A stretch of DNA of 32,917 nucleotides from Candidatus Micrarchaeota archaeon (GCA_021782355.1 JAJXUZ010000003.1:1-32917); one strand, 5' to 3'. Shown: positions 8,199 through 17,892, counted from the stretch's first letter. A program made the numbers and translations. Notes: generated from the letters alone by a model not told the origin.

Positions 8199-9692
8199 CT
8201 AACAAATTATTGTGAAAAGCCAAGCAGGTAAGAAAACTATCCCGTCTTGATGAGCTAGTTTTTTACCACAAACAACTGTGCCGACATGATTGTTTCTACA
8301 AAATGCCTTTAGTGCCGGAACATCAATAATTCCGGGTTCATCTTCTTTTTTAACTTCAACTGGCATTAGCTTTCCATTAATTCTCAACACTATATCTACT
8401 TCCTTGTGCGATCGATTGTCTCGCCAGTAAGTAAGTGAAGCATTCGGAAGAACCTTAAATTGAAGCCGATATAAGTGATCGTAAATTAAAGTTTCCAGCG
8501 TTTTACCATATTCTTTTTGGTCATCAAGTAGGAGTTTATTTAGTCTGCCAATGAGTAGGTTGCGTAATGCTACGTCTGAAAGATAGATTTTGAATATATC
8601 ACTGGTCTTGTTGGACCTTAAAAATAACATAGATTGAGTTGCAAGTTGACTGCTCTTTAAATGATACAAGTATCGCTTGATAGTATCACTGTTTGCACCC
8701 GGTAAACTGTTTTTTTGTAATGAAGACAGATTAGCAGTTGTAGATGAAATCGAAGCTATGTACGAAGTCAAATTAAATAATCCGTCAGGATCACCCACTC
8801 CCTTTGCATTTATAGCATCTTCTCTGAAACCCAACCAAAAAGTATCTTTCAAGATTGCGGATACTTTTACTAAATCAGGTTCGTTCAACAAAGCAGGATA
8901 TCCACCCTTTATCATATATTCTTGAAAACATTTCTCAATTTCAAATTGCCAGAATTTCAAGTCAGAATATAATTTCACAAATAGTTCATAAACTTCTTTA
9001 GAGTCATTTTCTCTATAAGCATCGAGAATTTTTGAACGGAAAGAATTAATGTTATTTAGAATGCAGACTAGTTTAGAATCATCTCTGAATCTAAGTCTTA
9101 GTACATCAGAAAACTTCATTGGCATCATAGTATATAATTGAATTCGTCTAGCGGCCTTGGCAGCTTCATCAAGCATCCCAGAACTAGAAGAACCACTTAT
9201 GAAAAACTTAATTGGATATTTCAAATTTTGAATACCGGTAATCTGCTCCCCCCAAGATTCAACATTCTGAATTTCATCCAAAAAAACATAGATTTTAGTT
9301 TGAAGAGCAGATATATCTTCCCCTAGAACAAACTTACAGTAAGAAGATAGGAGTTCCAAAATAGACCATTTCTTCAACATTGGTTCGTCGAATATTAAAT
9401 AGATTATTCGTTTTCCATCTAGACCTTCTTCTTTGAAAGTAAACGTTTTTGGATTTGAAGGGGGGACCTCTGGAAGACCCAGAAGATTTCGCATTATCTC
9501 AAATAAAACAGTTGACTTTCCAACTCCTCGCGGTCCAATTATCAGGGTTGCTTCTTCACTATCGACAGATTTCCTAAGATAATAGTAATCTCTGCGTTTG
9601 AAAGTATGAATTTTATTAAAAGGAAATTCAGATTTTTTATACCACCAACGATTTTGTATAGATAAAAAATCAATTACAGTTTTTTCATTCAT
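8199..9692 (-). CDS. AAA_14 ATPase with C-terminal DUF4143 (PD-(D/E)xK-like) domain
   Basis: QNRWW, Walker A GPRGVGKS, Walker B FLDEIQ, SGSSS, GGYP, KIYLSD, YWRD..KEVD..PVEVK. Confidence 0.9.
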   Translation of the reverse strand: MNEKTVIDFLSIQNRWWYKKSEFPFNKIHTFKRRDYYYLRKSVDSEEATLIIGPRGVGKSTVLFEIMRNLLGLPEVPPSNPKTFTFKEEGLDGKRIIYLIFDEPMLKKWSILELLSSYCKFVLGEDISALQTKIYVFLDEIQNVESWGEQITGIQNLKYPIKFFISGSSSSGMLDEAAKAARRIQLYTMMPMKFSDVLRLRFRDDSKLVCILNNINSFRSKILDAYRENDSKEVYELFVKLYSDLKFWQFEIEKCFQEYMIKGGYPALLNEPDLVKVSAILKDTFWLGFREDAINAKGVGDPDGLFNLTSYIASISSTTANLSSLQKNSLPGANSDTIKRYLYHLKSSQLATQSMLFLRSNKTSDIFKIYLSDVALRNLLIGRLNKLLLDDQKEYGKTLETLIYDHLYRLQFKVLPNASLTYWRDNRSHKEVDIVLRINGKLMPVEVKKEDEPGIIDVPALKAFCRNNHVGTVVCGKKLAHQDGIVFLPAWLFTIIC

Positions 9693-10045
9693 AGATAAAT
9701 TTAGGGTTAAAGAGTATATAAAGGTTACTAATCTAAATTATCACACCTATATAAAGCTCAATAATGGTAAATTTTATTTAGAGATGATAAAAATTGTTTA
9801 TCTCCTAATAAAACGCTTGAGTGATGAATTAGACCTAATATAATTAACTACGAAGTTGTAGGGTAAATTAGTGACATATTATACTAATCATAAAATCCTA
9901 AGTACAACATAGAAAAACTGTTCTAGTGAACAAAACCCATTCAAGGAAAAGGTTTAAGAACCATTACATACATAATTTATATACCTATCTTCTATATTTC
10001 AAACGGTTTTTAGAAGTTTATCCTTAACTTTGCCCATCGGCGAAC

Positions 10046-10297
10046 TTGGATATGGTGAATAGAATGGGAGCAAATTTTTTTTCTTTGATTAAAGCTACAA
10101 CGAATTCGTGTTTCCTTTTTGAAAGCACCCAGCCAGTTGCCATAAGCAAACCAACTCAATTATTCTTTAATGGAAAGAAAGTTGCAATAATTAAGTCCAC
10201 AATTGGACGAGTGAATGAACCAATTTACATTGGAACAATTGATTCAAAAATAGATGCCAAAACATTGGTAGACAAAAAACTTACTACTCAAAAATAA
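10046..10297 (+). CDS. gar1: H/ACA RNP protein Gar1/Naf1 homolog (divergent)
   Basis: Size, KVAIIKSTIGRVNEPIY resembling the Gar1 motif IGPVxxPY, and the conserved position immediately upstream of tfb. Start uncertain. Confidence 0.7.
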   Translation: MDMVNRMGANFFSLIKATTNSCFLFESTQPVAISKPTQLFFNGKKVAIIKSTIGRVNEPIYIGTIDSKIDAKTLVDKKLTTQK

Positions 10298-10310
10298 AGG
10301 TGAAGTAAAG

Positions 10311-11216
10311 ATGTTGTATGAATGCCCTGATTGCAAAAGCAAAAATCTTAAACGAGACAATGAACGCGGCGAAATTGTTTGTAAGAACTGCGGATTAGTA
10401 GTAGAAGAGGACATGATTCAAGAAGGTCCAGAATGGAGAGCCTTTGATACTGAACAAAGAAATTCAAGAGCAAGAACCGGAGCTCCACTCAAATATATGT
10501 CTCCAAACAAAGGATTGGTAACTGAAATTGACCAATACAACAGAGATATTCGAGGAGGAAAAATTGCTCCAAGTCAACAAGCTCAATTATACAGAATGAG
10601 AAAGTGGCATAAGCGTGCAAGCATTTCAAACTCAATTGAAAGAAACTTGGCAATTGCATTAACTGAGTTGAACAGAGTAGCCTCACACTTAGGGTTGCCA
10701 GATAGCATTCGTGAGTCAGGAGCACTTTTGTACAGAAGATGCGTTGAAAAAGGATTAATCCGAGGAAGACAAATCGAAAGTGTAGTTTCTGCTGTTCTTT
10801 ATGCTATTTGCAGAATGTACGGAATTCCAAGAACCTTGGACGAAATTGCAGTAGTTGCAGAAACTCCAAAGAAAGAAATCGGAAGAACTTACAGATTGAT
10901 TACAAGAGAATTAAATCTTAAAGTTCCTTTGACCAACCCAAGATTTTACATCAACCGATTTATCACCAGCCTTAAGTTAAGCGGAGACACTCAAGAAAAA
11001 GCAGTGGAACTCTTAGACCAGGCAATTGATAAGGGATTGATTTCGGGAAGGGGTCCGATGGGAGTGGCTGCTGCAGCAGTTTACATCGCAAGCGTATTAA
11101 CTGGTGAGCGAAGAACTCAAAAGGAAGTTGCTGATGTTGCAGGAGTTACAGAAGTTACCATAAGAAACAGGTATCGGGAACTTAAGAAGGCTCTTTCGTT
11201 AAACGTAACGATCTAA
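10311..11216 (+). CDS. tfb: Transcription initiation factor IIB
   Basis: CPDC/CKNC Zn ribbon, GPEWRAF, two cyclin repeats, GVTEVTIRNRY. Confidence 0.98.
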   Translation: MLYECPDCKSKNLKRDNERGEIVCKNCGLVVEEDMIQEGPEWRAFDTEQRNSRARTGAPLKYMSPNKGLVTEIDQYNRDIRGGKIAPSQQAQLYRMRKWHKRASISNSIERNLAIALTELNRVASHLGLPDSIRESGALLYRRCVEKGLIRGRQIESVVSAVLYAICRMYGIPRTLDEIAVVAETPKKEIGRTYRLITRELNLKVPLTNPRFYINRFITSLKLSGDTQEKAVELLDQAIDKGLISGRGPMGVAAAAVYIASVLTGERRTQKEVADVAGVTEVTIRNRYRELKKALSLNVTI

Positions 11217-11228
11217 AAAACAATTAAT

Positions 11229-11254
11229 TTGCCCCATTTATTTTTTAGGGGCAA
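11229..11254. terminator. Stem-loop TTGCCCC...GGGGCAA followed by a T-tract, between convergent genes
   Basis: 7-bp GC-rich IR just after the tfb stop. Confidence 0.55.
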
Positions 11255-11268
11255 GGTTTTTTCTAATT

Positions 11269-11580
11269 CTAATCTCGTTTAAAAATATAGTATCTTCGAT
11301 ATAGGTCGATAAAATTCATTACTCTTGAAAAGAATGAAATTATTCCGAACAGAATAAGAATTACAATTGAAACTACTACGGCCATAAATAGAGCATAAAT
11401 GGTAAGGTCGACAAAAGAATTGCCAGTTATTCTAAAATGGGTAAGGTCGGCGTGAGATAATAAAAAGGAAACCACTCCACTTACAGCTGCTGAAACTATG
11501 ATTAAAATTAAGTCGCTGTAATTTATTTTTAAGCGATTTTCTCTTTCTGCCTTCATCCAAAGAAGTCTAAATTTTCCCAT
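11269..11580 (-). CDS. Two-TM membrane protein, hypothetical
   Basis: Two hydrophobic helices. Confidence 0.6.
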   Translation of the reverse strand: MGKFRLLWMKAERENRLKINYSDLILIIVSAAVSGVVSFLLSHADLTHFRITGNSFVDLTIYALFMAVVVSIVILILFGIISFFSRVMNFIDLYRRYYIFKRD

Positions 11581-11627
11581 AAAAATAGATTAATGCAAAG
11601 ACCTGTTTTTATTTTATTGTTTTTTTG

Positions 11628-12905
11628 CTAAAACCAATTAGATAGTCTTTTTTGACTTAGTATTCTGCTTTTGAAGAGATATTCATTGGGATTTCTTGAA
11701 AGTTTGCTTGATAGATGAGAAAACAAATCGGAAGAATTTGAAAATTTAATTGGTTTTGAATTTAATGCTTGGGCAACATTCTCTCGGACTTGTGCAACAC
11801 CTAAGGATACGAGATAGTCTGAATTAATTTCTCTAATTATTGTAACTTTTGCCTGCTTGTTAATTCTTAGTAAATGTTTAAGACAACTTAATCTTCCGGC
11901 ATAATAACCGCCACCTTCGCTAGTTGAATATTTTGTTCTGCCAGTAAACCCTTCATAGTCGTATTCGATTGGAACGGATTTTTCATTACCCCACGGAGTA
12001 TTTTTATCCCAAGCTTCAAATTGCTCGAACTCAAATGAACCGGGAGTTAGAATGATTTGAAAATTGTTGCCAAATGCGTAATTCGAATATAAATAAAACT
12101 CATTGAACTCGTCTAAAAGTCTGACTTGTTTTAAGAGAAGCTTGCCGACAATATCGTCAGATGCGGTTATGCTCCATTTGGTTGGAACCATTTTTGGACT
12201 TTTGCCAAGCATTCCCACACTTAAAAGTTTTTGAATGTAATAGACGTCGTGTCCTTTTTCAAGCATCAAAGATACTGCTTGATTGGTAAGAAGTTTATCT
12301 TCTTTTAATTCATCGACAATGCGCGGAATAGATGGATTGCTTGAAATTCTAAATTCATTTAGCGTTCCGCTTGGTCCGTTCGGCAATGCAACACTTGAAA
12401 AATAAATAGAAAACTTGGGTGCTTTTAAAAAATCAATTTCCAAGTCTACTGGTTTAACTGATGCTGCGGATTCTTGAATTTGCTCGGTGAATTTTCCGGG
12501 GTTTTTTACATTTACAGAATACTTACCACGAACTAGGTTGCTTCTTGATTCTATTATTTTCCAATAAGTTTGCTCGTTTTGGTTGTTTGACGAAAACCAA
12601 TTGCTTGGTTCGTTTAAAGAGGGATTGGTGTCTTGACTGACATCTACCATCGGACCAGCTAAAACATTAGGATAACCGTATTCTCCGACAAATGCACTTG
12701 GAGGAGTTGGACCAAAAATGGAATTGGAAAGTTTGTGTTCGATTTGTAAACGTGAAAGTACTTTGGCAAGTATGGGGTTAAATTCATTGATTTTAAATTG
12801 TTCATTTTTTGTTTTAATTACAAAACCATCTGATGATTTTTCAACAGTAATGTCTTTGAAAATTGAAGTAGTTGGAAAACGTAGTGAGGAATTTAACGAG
12901 GTCAT
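11628..12905 (-). CDS. nreA: Nre family DNA repair protein (DUF650/DUF651) with C-terminal PIP box
   Basis: PPSAFVGEYGYPNVLAGP, VPTKWSITASDD, YEGFTGRTKY, GGYYAGR; terminal QKRLSNWF PIP motif. Confidence 0.92.
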   Translation of the reverse strand: MTSLNSSLRFPTTSIFKDITVEKSSDGFVIKTKNEQFKINEFNPILAKVLSRLQIEHKLSNSIFGPTPPSAFVGEYGYPNVLAGPMVDVSQDTNPSLNEPSNWFSSNNQNEQTYWKIIESRSNLVRGKYSVNVKNPGKFTEQIQESAASVKPVDLEIDFLKAPKFSIYFSSVALPNGPSGTLNEFRISSNPSIPRIVDELKEDKLLTNQAVSLMLEKGHDVYYIQKLLSVGMLGKSPKMVPTKWSITASDDIVGKLLLKQVRLLDEFNEFYLYSNYAFGNNFQIILTPGSFEFEQFEAWDKNTPWGNEKSVPIEYDYEGFTGRTKYSTSEGGGYYAGRLSCLKHLLRINKQAKVTIIREINSDYLVSLGVAQVRENVAQALNSKPIKFSNSSDLFSHLSSKLSRNPNEYLFKSRILSQKRLSNWF

Positions 12906-13010
12906 TGTTACTAATATAATTTAGATTGGTTTAATTTAATGAGTTTTGAATATAAAATTCAAAAAATTCGATAATTTAAATTAAATTTGGTTGATGTTAA
13001 AATAAAATTT

Positions 13011-13067
13011 GACACCCCAGACTTCCGTTATTCATAGAGGGAGAAACGAATAACGGAACAGGGGGTC
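13011..13067. other. GC-rich extended hairpin in an AT-rich divergent intergenic region (possible ncRNA or cis-element)
   Basis: TTCCGTTATTC (13023-13033) pairs perfectly with GAATAACGGAA (13048-13058); outer GACACCCC/GGGGGTC stem with a bulge. Confidence 0.45.
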
Positions 13068-13252
13068 GTTAGTGGAAGAACAAGCAATTTATATGATGTT
13101 TTTGATTTACTGTATTTCAAAAGAAATTTGAAATAGTAAACTAATGGGGATTGGTTTACTAAAGTTGTTTTAATTTTCTTTTGAGTTTTGTGTGTGAGTA
13201 TTGGTTTGTTTAGACCAATGAAATTTTTGTTTAGCGTATAGCATAACTGTTA

Positions 13253-13507
13253 ATGGGGAGGGATGTAAATTTGAAAAAGGGGGTCTTTTCACTTTTCGAT
13301 ATGGATGATTTGATTCGCGATGCTGGAGCACAAAGAGTAAGTGAATGCGCAAGCGCGAAGCTGGGAGAAATTCTAGAGGACCAGGGAGAACTTTTGGTTT
13401 TTCAAGCAAAAATTATCGCTCGTCACGCTGGAAGAAACTCAATAAATGGAAGTGATGTTCGCTTGGCAGCAAGTTTTCTAAGAGAAACAAAAACTCAAAC
13501 TAGTTGA
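13253..13507 (+). CDS. Archaeal histone (HMf-like), divergent variant
   Basis: IRDAGAQRVS...ARHAGRNSINGSDVRLA matches the histone fold of HMfA/B. Start uncertain. Confidence 0.9.
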   Translation: MGRDVNLKKGVFSLFDMDDLIRDAGAQRVSECASAKLGEILEDQGELLVFQAKIIARHAGRNSINGSDVRLAASFLRETKTQTS

Positions 13508-13510
13508 AAA

Positions 13511-15013
13511 TTATTTAGTTGATGATTGTTTTTCGATTATTGAAGCTAAAGACTTAAGAAATTCGTTTTGGGTGCCTTGGGCAATTGTAGCACCTGCTGC
13601 AACCTTATGCCCTCCACCCACTCCACCTACTAATTTTGAAGACTCTCTCATTGCAAAATCTAAATTGATTCCCAGTTCTAAGAGAGTTTTGTTTGCACGG
13701 CTGGAAACTTTAATCATACCTGCTGAATCTTCGGATAATCCGATAATGGGTTTGATTAATGGCAGGGTTTTTGAAGCAATGATTGCGCCGATTACTGAAC
13801 CAATTGAATAGTCTGCTATGCTTCCTCGTGCATCAACTAAGTAAAAAGCACCGTAATCATCACAATGATGGCGTGCGAAATTAATTGACTCAAAAATTGT
13901 TTGATAGTATTCAGAAAGAATTTGTTTTGCTTTAATCAATGCAGATTGGTCATTTTTACATAATGATAATGCAATGTCGGGTTGGTTTGTTCTTCCGCAG
14001 GCATTTAATAGTAAGGAAAGTTCGCCAACATCATCAATGGTGGAAAACGAAGAAGAGTTAATAATCCGATAATTTGGACCAATTAATTGTTTAACTGACT
14101 CTTCTTCCATTCCGTTTTCAAGGCAATAGTTGATTAATCCAATTGAAAATTGTTCTCTTGCCGAATCAGATAGTGAAAGGTAAGTGAACTGATGTGGGTT
14201 TTCTTCTAATTGACAATTAAGAAGCTGGCAAGCAAGGTTTGCACTGGCAGTCAAGTCGGAGAAGATGTTGATTATGGGTGGTTGTTGACAATAGGCCAAA
14301 AATCTTACAATGTCCTGGGATTTTCCTGCAATTCTTAAATCGTTGGTAAGTTTAATTTTATTTGAATTTATTGCAAGTTCTAATACCTTAAGGTTGATGT
14401 CTTTAAACGAACCGCTTAAATCCTGCATGTCTCCAACCGCACCGGCTAAAGCTATTGGGATTAAGTCGATGTTGGTGGAAATTAATGATGAATCTTCTGA
14501 CATTGAATTAAATGCGCAGAAGCAGGTGGTGGCGGCACTTGCGCTTATTCCTCCATCAAAGCCATTTAAACAGCAATTTGTTTGAGAAAATAGTTTTGAG
14601 TCTATTTCAAATTGCTTTTGACTTGGAACGTGGTGATCTAAAATTGCCACCTTTAAACCAGCATCAATTAATTCTGATTTTACAAATTCAATTTGTCCGC
14701 TTCCAAAATCAGTTAGAATAATCTCTCTTGGTTGGTTTTCGCTAAGAGCCAAGTTTTTTAAATCGGTGCAGGCATTTAAGTCAAATTTACTTTTCATTAT
14801 CGTAGTGTGGACAATATTGTTCCTGCTCAATGCAATTGAAACAATGGAACCGGCAGCTATGCCGTCAGCATCATAATGATGGGCGACAATGGGCCATTTA
14901 AAGTTTTGAAGAATCCAACTGCCCGTTTTATTTGCAGATTTAAAAAAATCATCAATAAAATTGTTAGTTTTTGTAGATGACTTGGAATTGAGTTTTTTCA
15001 AAATATTCGCCAA
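13511..15013 (-). CDS. recJ: RecJ-like DHH/DHHA1 phosphoesterase (GAN/RecJ family)
   Basis: HHYDADG, DFGSG, LDHH, GAVGD, LLNACGR, GGGHKVAAG. Confidence 0.92.
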   Translation of the reverse strand: MANILKKLNSKSSTKTNNFIDDFFKSANKTGSWILQNFKWPIVAHHYDADGIAAGSIVSIALSRNNIVHTTIMKSKFDLNACTDLKNLALSENQPREIILTDFGSGQIEFVKSELIDAGLKVAILDHHVPSQKQFEIDSKLFSQTNCCLNGFDGGISASAATTCFCAFNSMSEDSSLISTNIDLIPIALAGAVGDMQDLSGSFKDINLKVLELAINSNKIKLTNDLRIAGKSQDIVRFLAYCQQPPIINIFSDLTASANLACQLLNCQLEENPHQFTYLSLSDSAREQFSIGLINYCLENGMEEESVKQLIGPNYRIINSSSFSTIDDVGELSLLLNACGRTNQPDIALSLCKNDQSALIKAKQILSEYYQTIFESINFARHHCDDYGAFYLVDARGSIADYSIGSVIGAIIASKTLPLIKPIIGLSEDSAGMIKVSSRANKTLLELGINLDFAMRESSKLVGGVGGGHKVAAGATIAQGTQNEFLKSLASIIEKQSSTK

Positions 15014-15153
15014 TTTTGTAGTTTTTTTTAAATTTTTACTAAAGCAGTAGTGATTGCAAACAAATTAAAACCATTACAATACTCAATAATATCTAATAAA
15101 ATTCCTTATCGACAGATTTTAATTGATAATTTAGACTCTGTGGTGAAAAACTT

Positions 15154-15366
15154 ATGACTAAAAAAGAAAGCGATAACACTTCAGTTTCAAATAAATTTGA
15201 AAAAGCAAGGATTATTGGAGCTAGAGCTTTACAATTGGCAATGGGCGCACCACCACTAGTAAACGACGTTGGCACCATTAATGCTGTAGTTCTTGCAAAT
15301 ATTGAATACGAAAAACTAGTAATTCCATTAAAAGTAGTCAGAAGCGCAAAAGTACTAGCAGGATAA
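15154..15366 (+). CDS. rpoK: RNA polymerase subunit K (Rpo6)
   Basis: KFEKARIIGARALQLAMGAP...IPLKVVR. Confidence 0.96.
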   Translation: MTKKESDNTSVSNKFEKARIIGARALQLAMGAPPLVNDVGTINAVVLANIEYEKLVIPLKVVRSAKVLAG

Positions 15367-15429
15367 TCTTGCTTTAGAATGTTTGCAAATCAGATTATAT
15401 GGTGTGGAAATGTTTGGGCGCTATTATAA

Positions 15430-16638
15430 GTGAACGAAACTGCCACTCAAACAAACCCACATCAACAAATGGGAAATTTAGACTATTTTTACTTACTTAA
15501 TGAACTTAATGAAAATTTAAGCGAAGGTTGGCTTAATCAAGTATATGACTCTACAGAGGGATTCAGATTTAAATTTAGAAAGCAGGTTGAAAAAAACTTT
15601 GTAGTGCAGATGGGAATAAGGGCGCATTTAGTTAACAGTTTTTCAAGTGCTCCTGCATTGCAAACTTCTTTTACTAAATATCTTAGGGAAATGATGCAAA
15701 ATACAAAATTACAATCTATTGAGCAGGTGGAATTTGACAGAATTATTCAATTTAATTTTTCCACCAATAAACAGGGCAAAAAAATAGTAATTGAACAGTT
15801 TTCGCAAGGAAACATCATAGTGCTTGATGAAGAAAATAAAATTTTAAGACCGATGAGGGCAAAAGACTATTCTTCTCGTTCGTTACATCACGACTTAAAA
15901 TATCAACCGCCGGTTTCTACAAAAATCCACCCAAATAATTTTACTTATGAAAGTCTACAAAAAGACAAAATTAAGGAAGGCTCCCCGATTACCTCAGTAA
16001 TTACTCATTTGGTAAATATTCCGCCTTTTTATGCGCAGGAAGCAATCCAAAGAAGTGGATTGGATCAAAAAACACCATCCGAACAATTAAGCGAAAATCA
16101 ATGGAAAACCGTTTGCGAAAATGTCAGGTCATTAACTAGTTTTAAATTGTCCGCAAGAATTTATTATAAAAACGAAGAAAGTGAAAGTAACCCGACTCCA
16201 ATTGCGTTTTCTCCTTTTGAATTAAAGAAATTCGAGGGATTGCCGGGAATTACGTTTAAAGAATTTGAAACATTCAGTCAAGCATTAGAAGAATACTACT
16301 TACCCATTTGGAAAGATAAGATTGAAAGTCAGAATAATCAGTCGTCCACCAATGCATTAAGTAAACTTAATTTTACACTAAACGAGCAAATAAAAGCTAA
16401 AGATAAGTTCTCTGCACAAATAGAAGAAGGAAATTTAAGTGGTAAGTGGATAATGGAAAACTCATACATAGTCCAAGAAATAATCTCAAAGGCTTTGGAA
16501 CTTAGAAAAAGCGGATTGAAAAAAGCAGAAATGGAAACCGAACTTAATAAATTTGCTAAAAGTCAGGGACAGGAATTTTCGATTTTAGTTAATTCTAATC
16601 GATTAAGCGTAATTATTGATTTTAAGAAAAAAGAATAA
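15430..16638 (+). CDS. NFACT/Rqc2 (FbpA-like) N-terminal region; C-terminal NFACT-R domain absent
   Basis: FTKYLR...IEQVEFDRII...IEQFSQGNIIVLD; HhH-like PPFYAQEA; FETFSQALEEYY. Confidence 0.82.
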   Translation: MNETATQTNPHQQMGNLDYFYLLNELNENLSEGWLNQVYDSTEGFRFKFRKQVEKNFVVQMGIRAHLVNSFSSAPALQTSFTKYLREMMQNTKLQSIEQVEFDRIIQFNFSTNKQGKKIVIEQFSQGNIIVLDEENKILRPMRAKDYSSRSLHHDLKYQPPVSTKIHPNNFTYESLQKDKIKEGSPITSVITHLVNIPPFYAQEAIQRSGLDQKTPSEQLSENQWKTVCENVRSLTSFKLSARIYYKNEESESNPTPIAFSPFELKKFEGLPGITFKEFETFSQALEEYYLPIWKDKIESQNNQSSTNALSKLNFTLNEQIKAKDKFSAQIEEGNLSGKWIMENSYIVQEIISKALELRKSGLKKAEMETELNKFAKSQGQEFSILVNSNRLSVIIDFKKKE

Positions 16639-16641
16639 GAA

Positions 16642-16669
16642 AGAGTCAAAGGGTTTAAGCTTTGACTCT
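16642..16669. terminator. Perfect 10-bp stem-loop AGAGTCAAAG/CTTTGACTCT between convergent genes
   Basis: Seen directly, starting 4 nt after the stop at 16638. Confidence 0.55.
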
Positions 16670-16679
16670 AAAAATGAAT

Positions 16680-16937
16680 TTAACCTATTTCTCTTCTGTC
16701 TACTACCATAACATCTTTAACATCTAAAACTGAAGAGTATGGCAATTGTATAAGTCCTGCGCCTTCTTTTTCAGCTTTAACTGCTAATGACGAATCTGGG
16801 TTTGGTTCGACTAATACTCTTTCAATCTTACCAGTTAATTCATTTATGTAAAAGTCTACAATTCTACCGAGTTCTTCTCCATCAGTAGTAATTATTCTTT
16901 TACCTGCCAATTGTTTGGCAATAGCGTATTTTACCAT
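16680..16937 (-). CDS. PRC-barrel domain protein (CdpB-like)
   Basis: LAGKRIITTDGEELGRIVDFYINELTGKI...LPYSSV..VKDVMVV; AGGTGA RBS. Confidence 0.9.
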   Translation of the reverse strand: MVKYAIAKQLAGKRIITTDGEELGRIVDFYINELTGKIERVLVEPNPDSSLAVKAEKEGAGLIQLPYSSVLDVKDVMVVDRREIG

Positions 16938-17132
16938 AACTTATCACCTAAGCGTTTCTTGTTAAGCATTTACAACTTTGAATGTTTTCCTTGATAAAAT
17001 GAAAGTCAGCTTGTTTAAATATATATATGCTTTGCAGATTTTTTGGTTTTTTTTTACTTAGAATGGCTTTTTATTCAAAAACGTTTTAATTAATAAATCA
17101 TCTTGAATAATTATTTAAGAGGTAAGGTAAAT

Positions 17133-17393
17133 ATGGCAATGAAAGTTAAAGACGAAGTAATGAAAGTTATTGATGCATTAAAAGCAAGCGGGTTTAATCC
17201 AGTAGATGCAGTTTTTGAAGGTGCAATGGGCGTAAAGGAAGATACTACTTTAAGTTTTGTTGATAAACTTAATGATGCTCAAATGGTTTCTGGAGTTATT
17301 AGAGTCATTTATACTGTTGGAGAAGAACAAGTTAGATTTGTAGAAATTCCAGTAGGAAATCCACAAGACCAACAAGGTGGACAAGAAAAGTAG
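17133..17393 (+). CDS. Small acidic hypothetical protein
   Basis: ATG 17133 preceded by GAGGT/AAGGT. Confidence 0.65.
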   Translation: MAMKVKDEVMKVIDALKASGFNPVDAVFEGAMGVKEDTTLSFVDKLNDAQMVSGVIRVIYTVGEEQVRFVEIPVGNPQDQQGGQEK

Positions 17394-17428
17394 AATTTAA
17401 AGAAATTTAAAAAAGGATTGAAGACATA

Positions 17429-17821
17429 TTGGCTAAAAATAAAACCAAAGTAAAAGCACAGGAAAACGAATCGATTAGTCCACTTATTGGCTCTTGGGCT
17501 TTTATGTTTGGAATGTTATTGGCAATTCTTGCGGGTTTGGGTTTTGCTGAAAAAGGTTGGGCATACCTCACTCTTGGAATTTTGGGCTTAATTGTCGGAT
17601 ATCTAAACATTAATGAACACGAAAGTGTTCCGTTCCTAGTTGCTGCAATTGCACTTGTAACAGCAGGAACCGGTTTGGGTTCGATTTTAACTGTAATCCC
17701 CGGCGGAGTGGGAGAACAATTTTTGGCAATATTGCATTACATTGTGTCTTTTGTTGCTCCTGCTGCCGGAATTGTAGCATTAAAAACATTATATGAAATT
17801 GGAAGAAGTCCGTCTGTTTAG
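17429..17821 (+). CDS. Conserved small four-TM membrane protein
   Basis: GSWAF.FG...LGILGLIVGYLNI..E..PFLVAAIAL...FVAPAA; TTG start with AGGA upstream. Confidence 0.75.
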   Translation: MAKNKTKVKAQENESISPLIGSWAFMFGMLLAILAGLGFAEKGWAYLTLGILGLIVGYLNINEHESVPFLVAAIALVTAGTGLGSILTVIPGGVGEQFLAILHYIVSFVAPAAGIVALKTLYEIGRSPSV

Positions 17822-17892
17822 TTCTTTTCAATTGGTTTAATGACATTTAGAAAAGGTAAAAGTATAGAAAAAAAATTGAAAGTTTAGGGCTA

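Noticed and set aside
10030-10073. Weak hairpin TTGCCCAT...ATGGGAGCAA at the gar1 start
   Set aside because: Short and bulged, and it overlaps probable coding sequence; no recognisable riboswitch.
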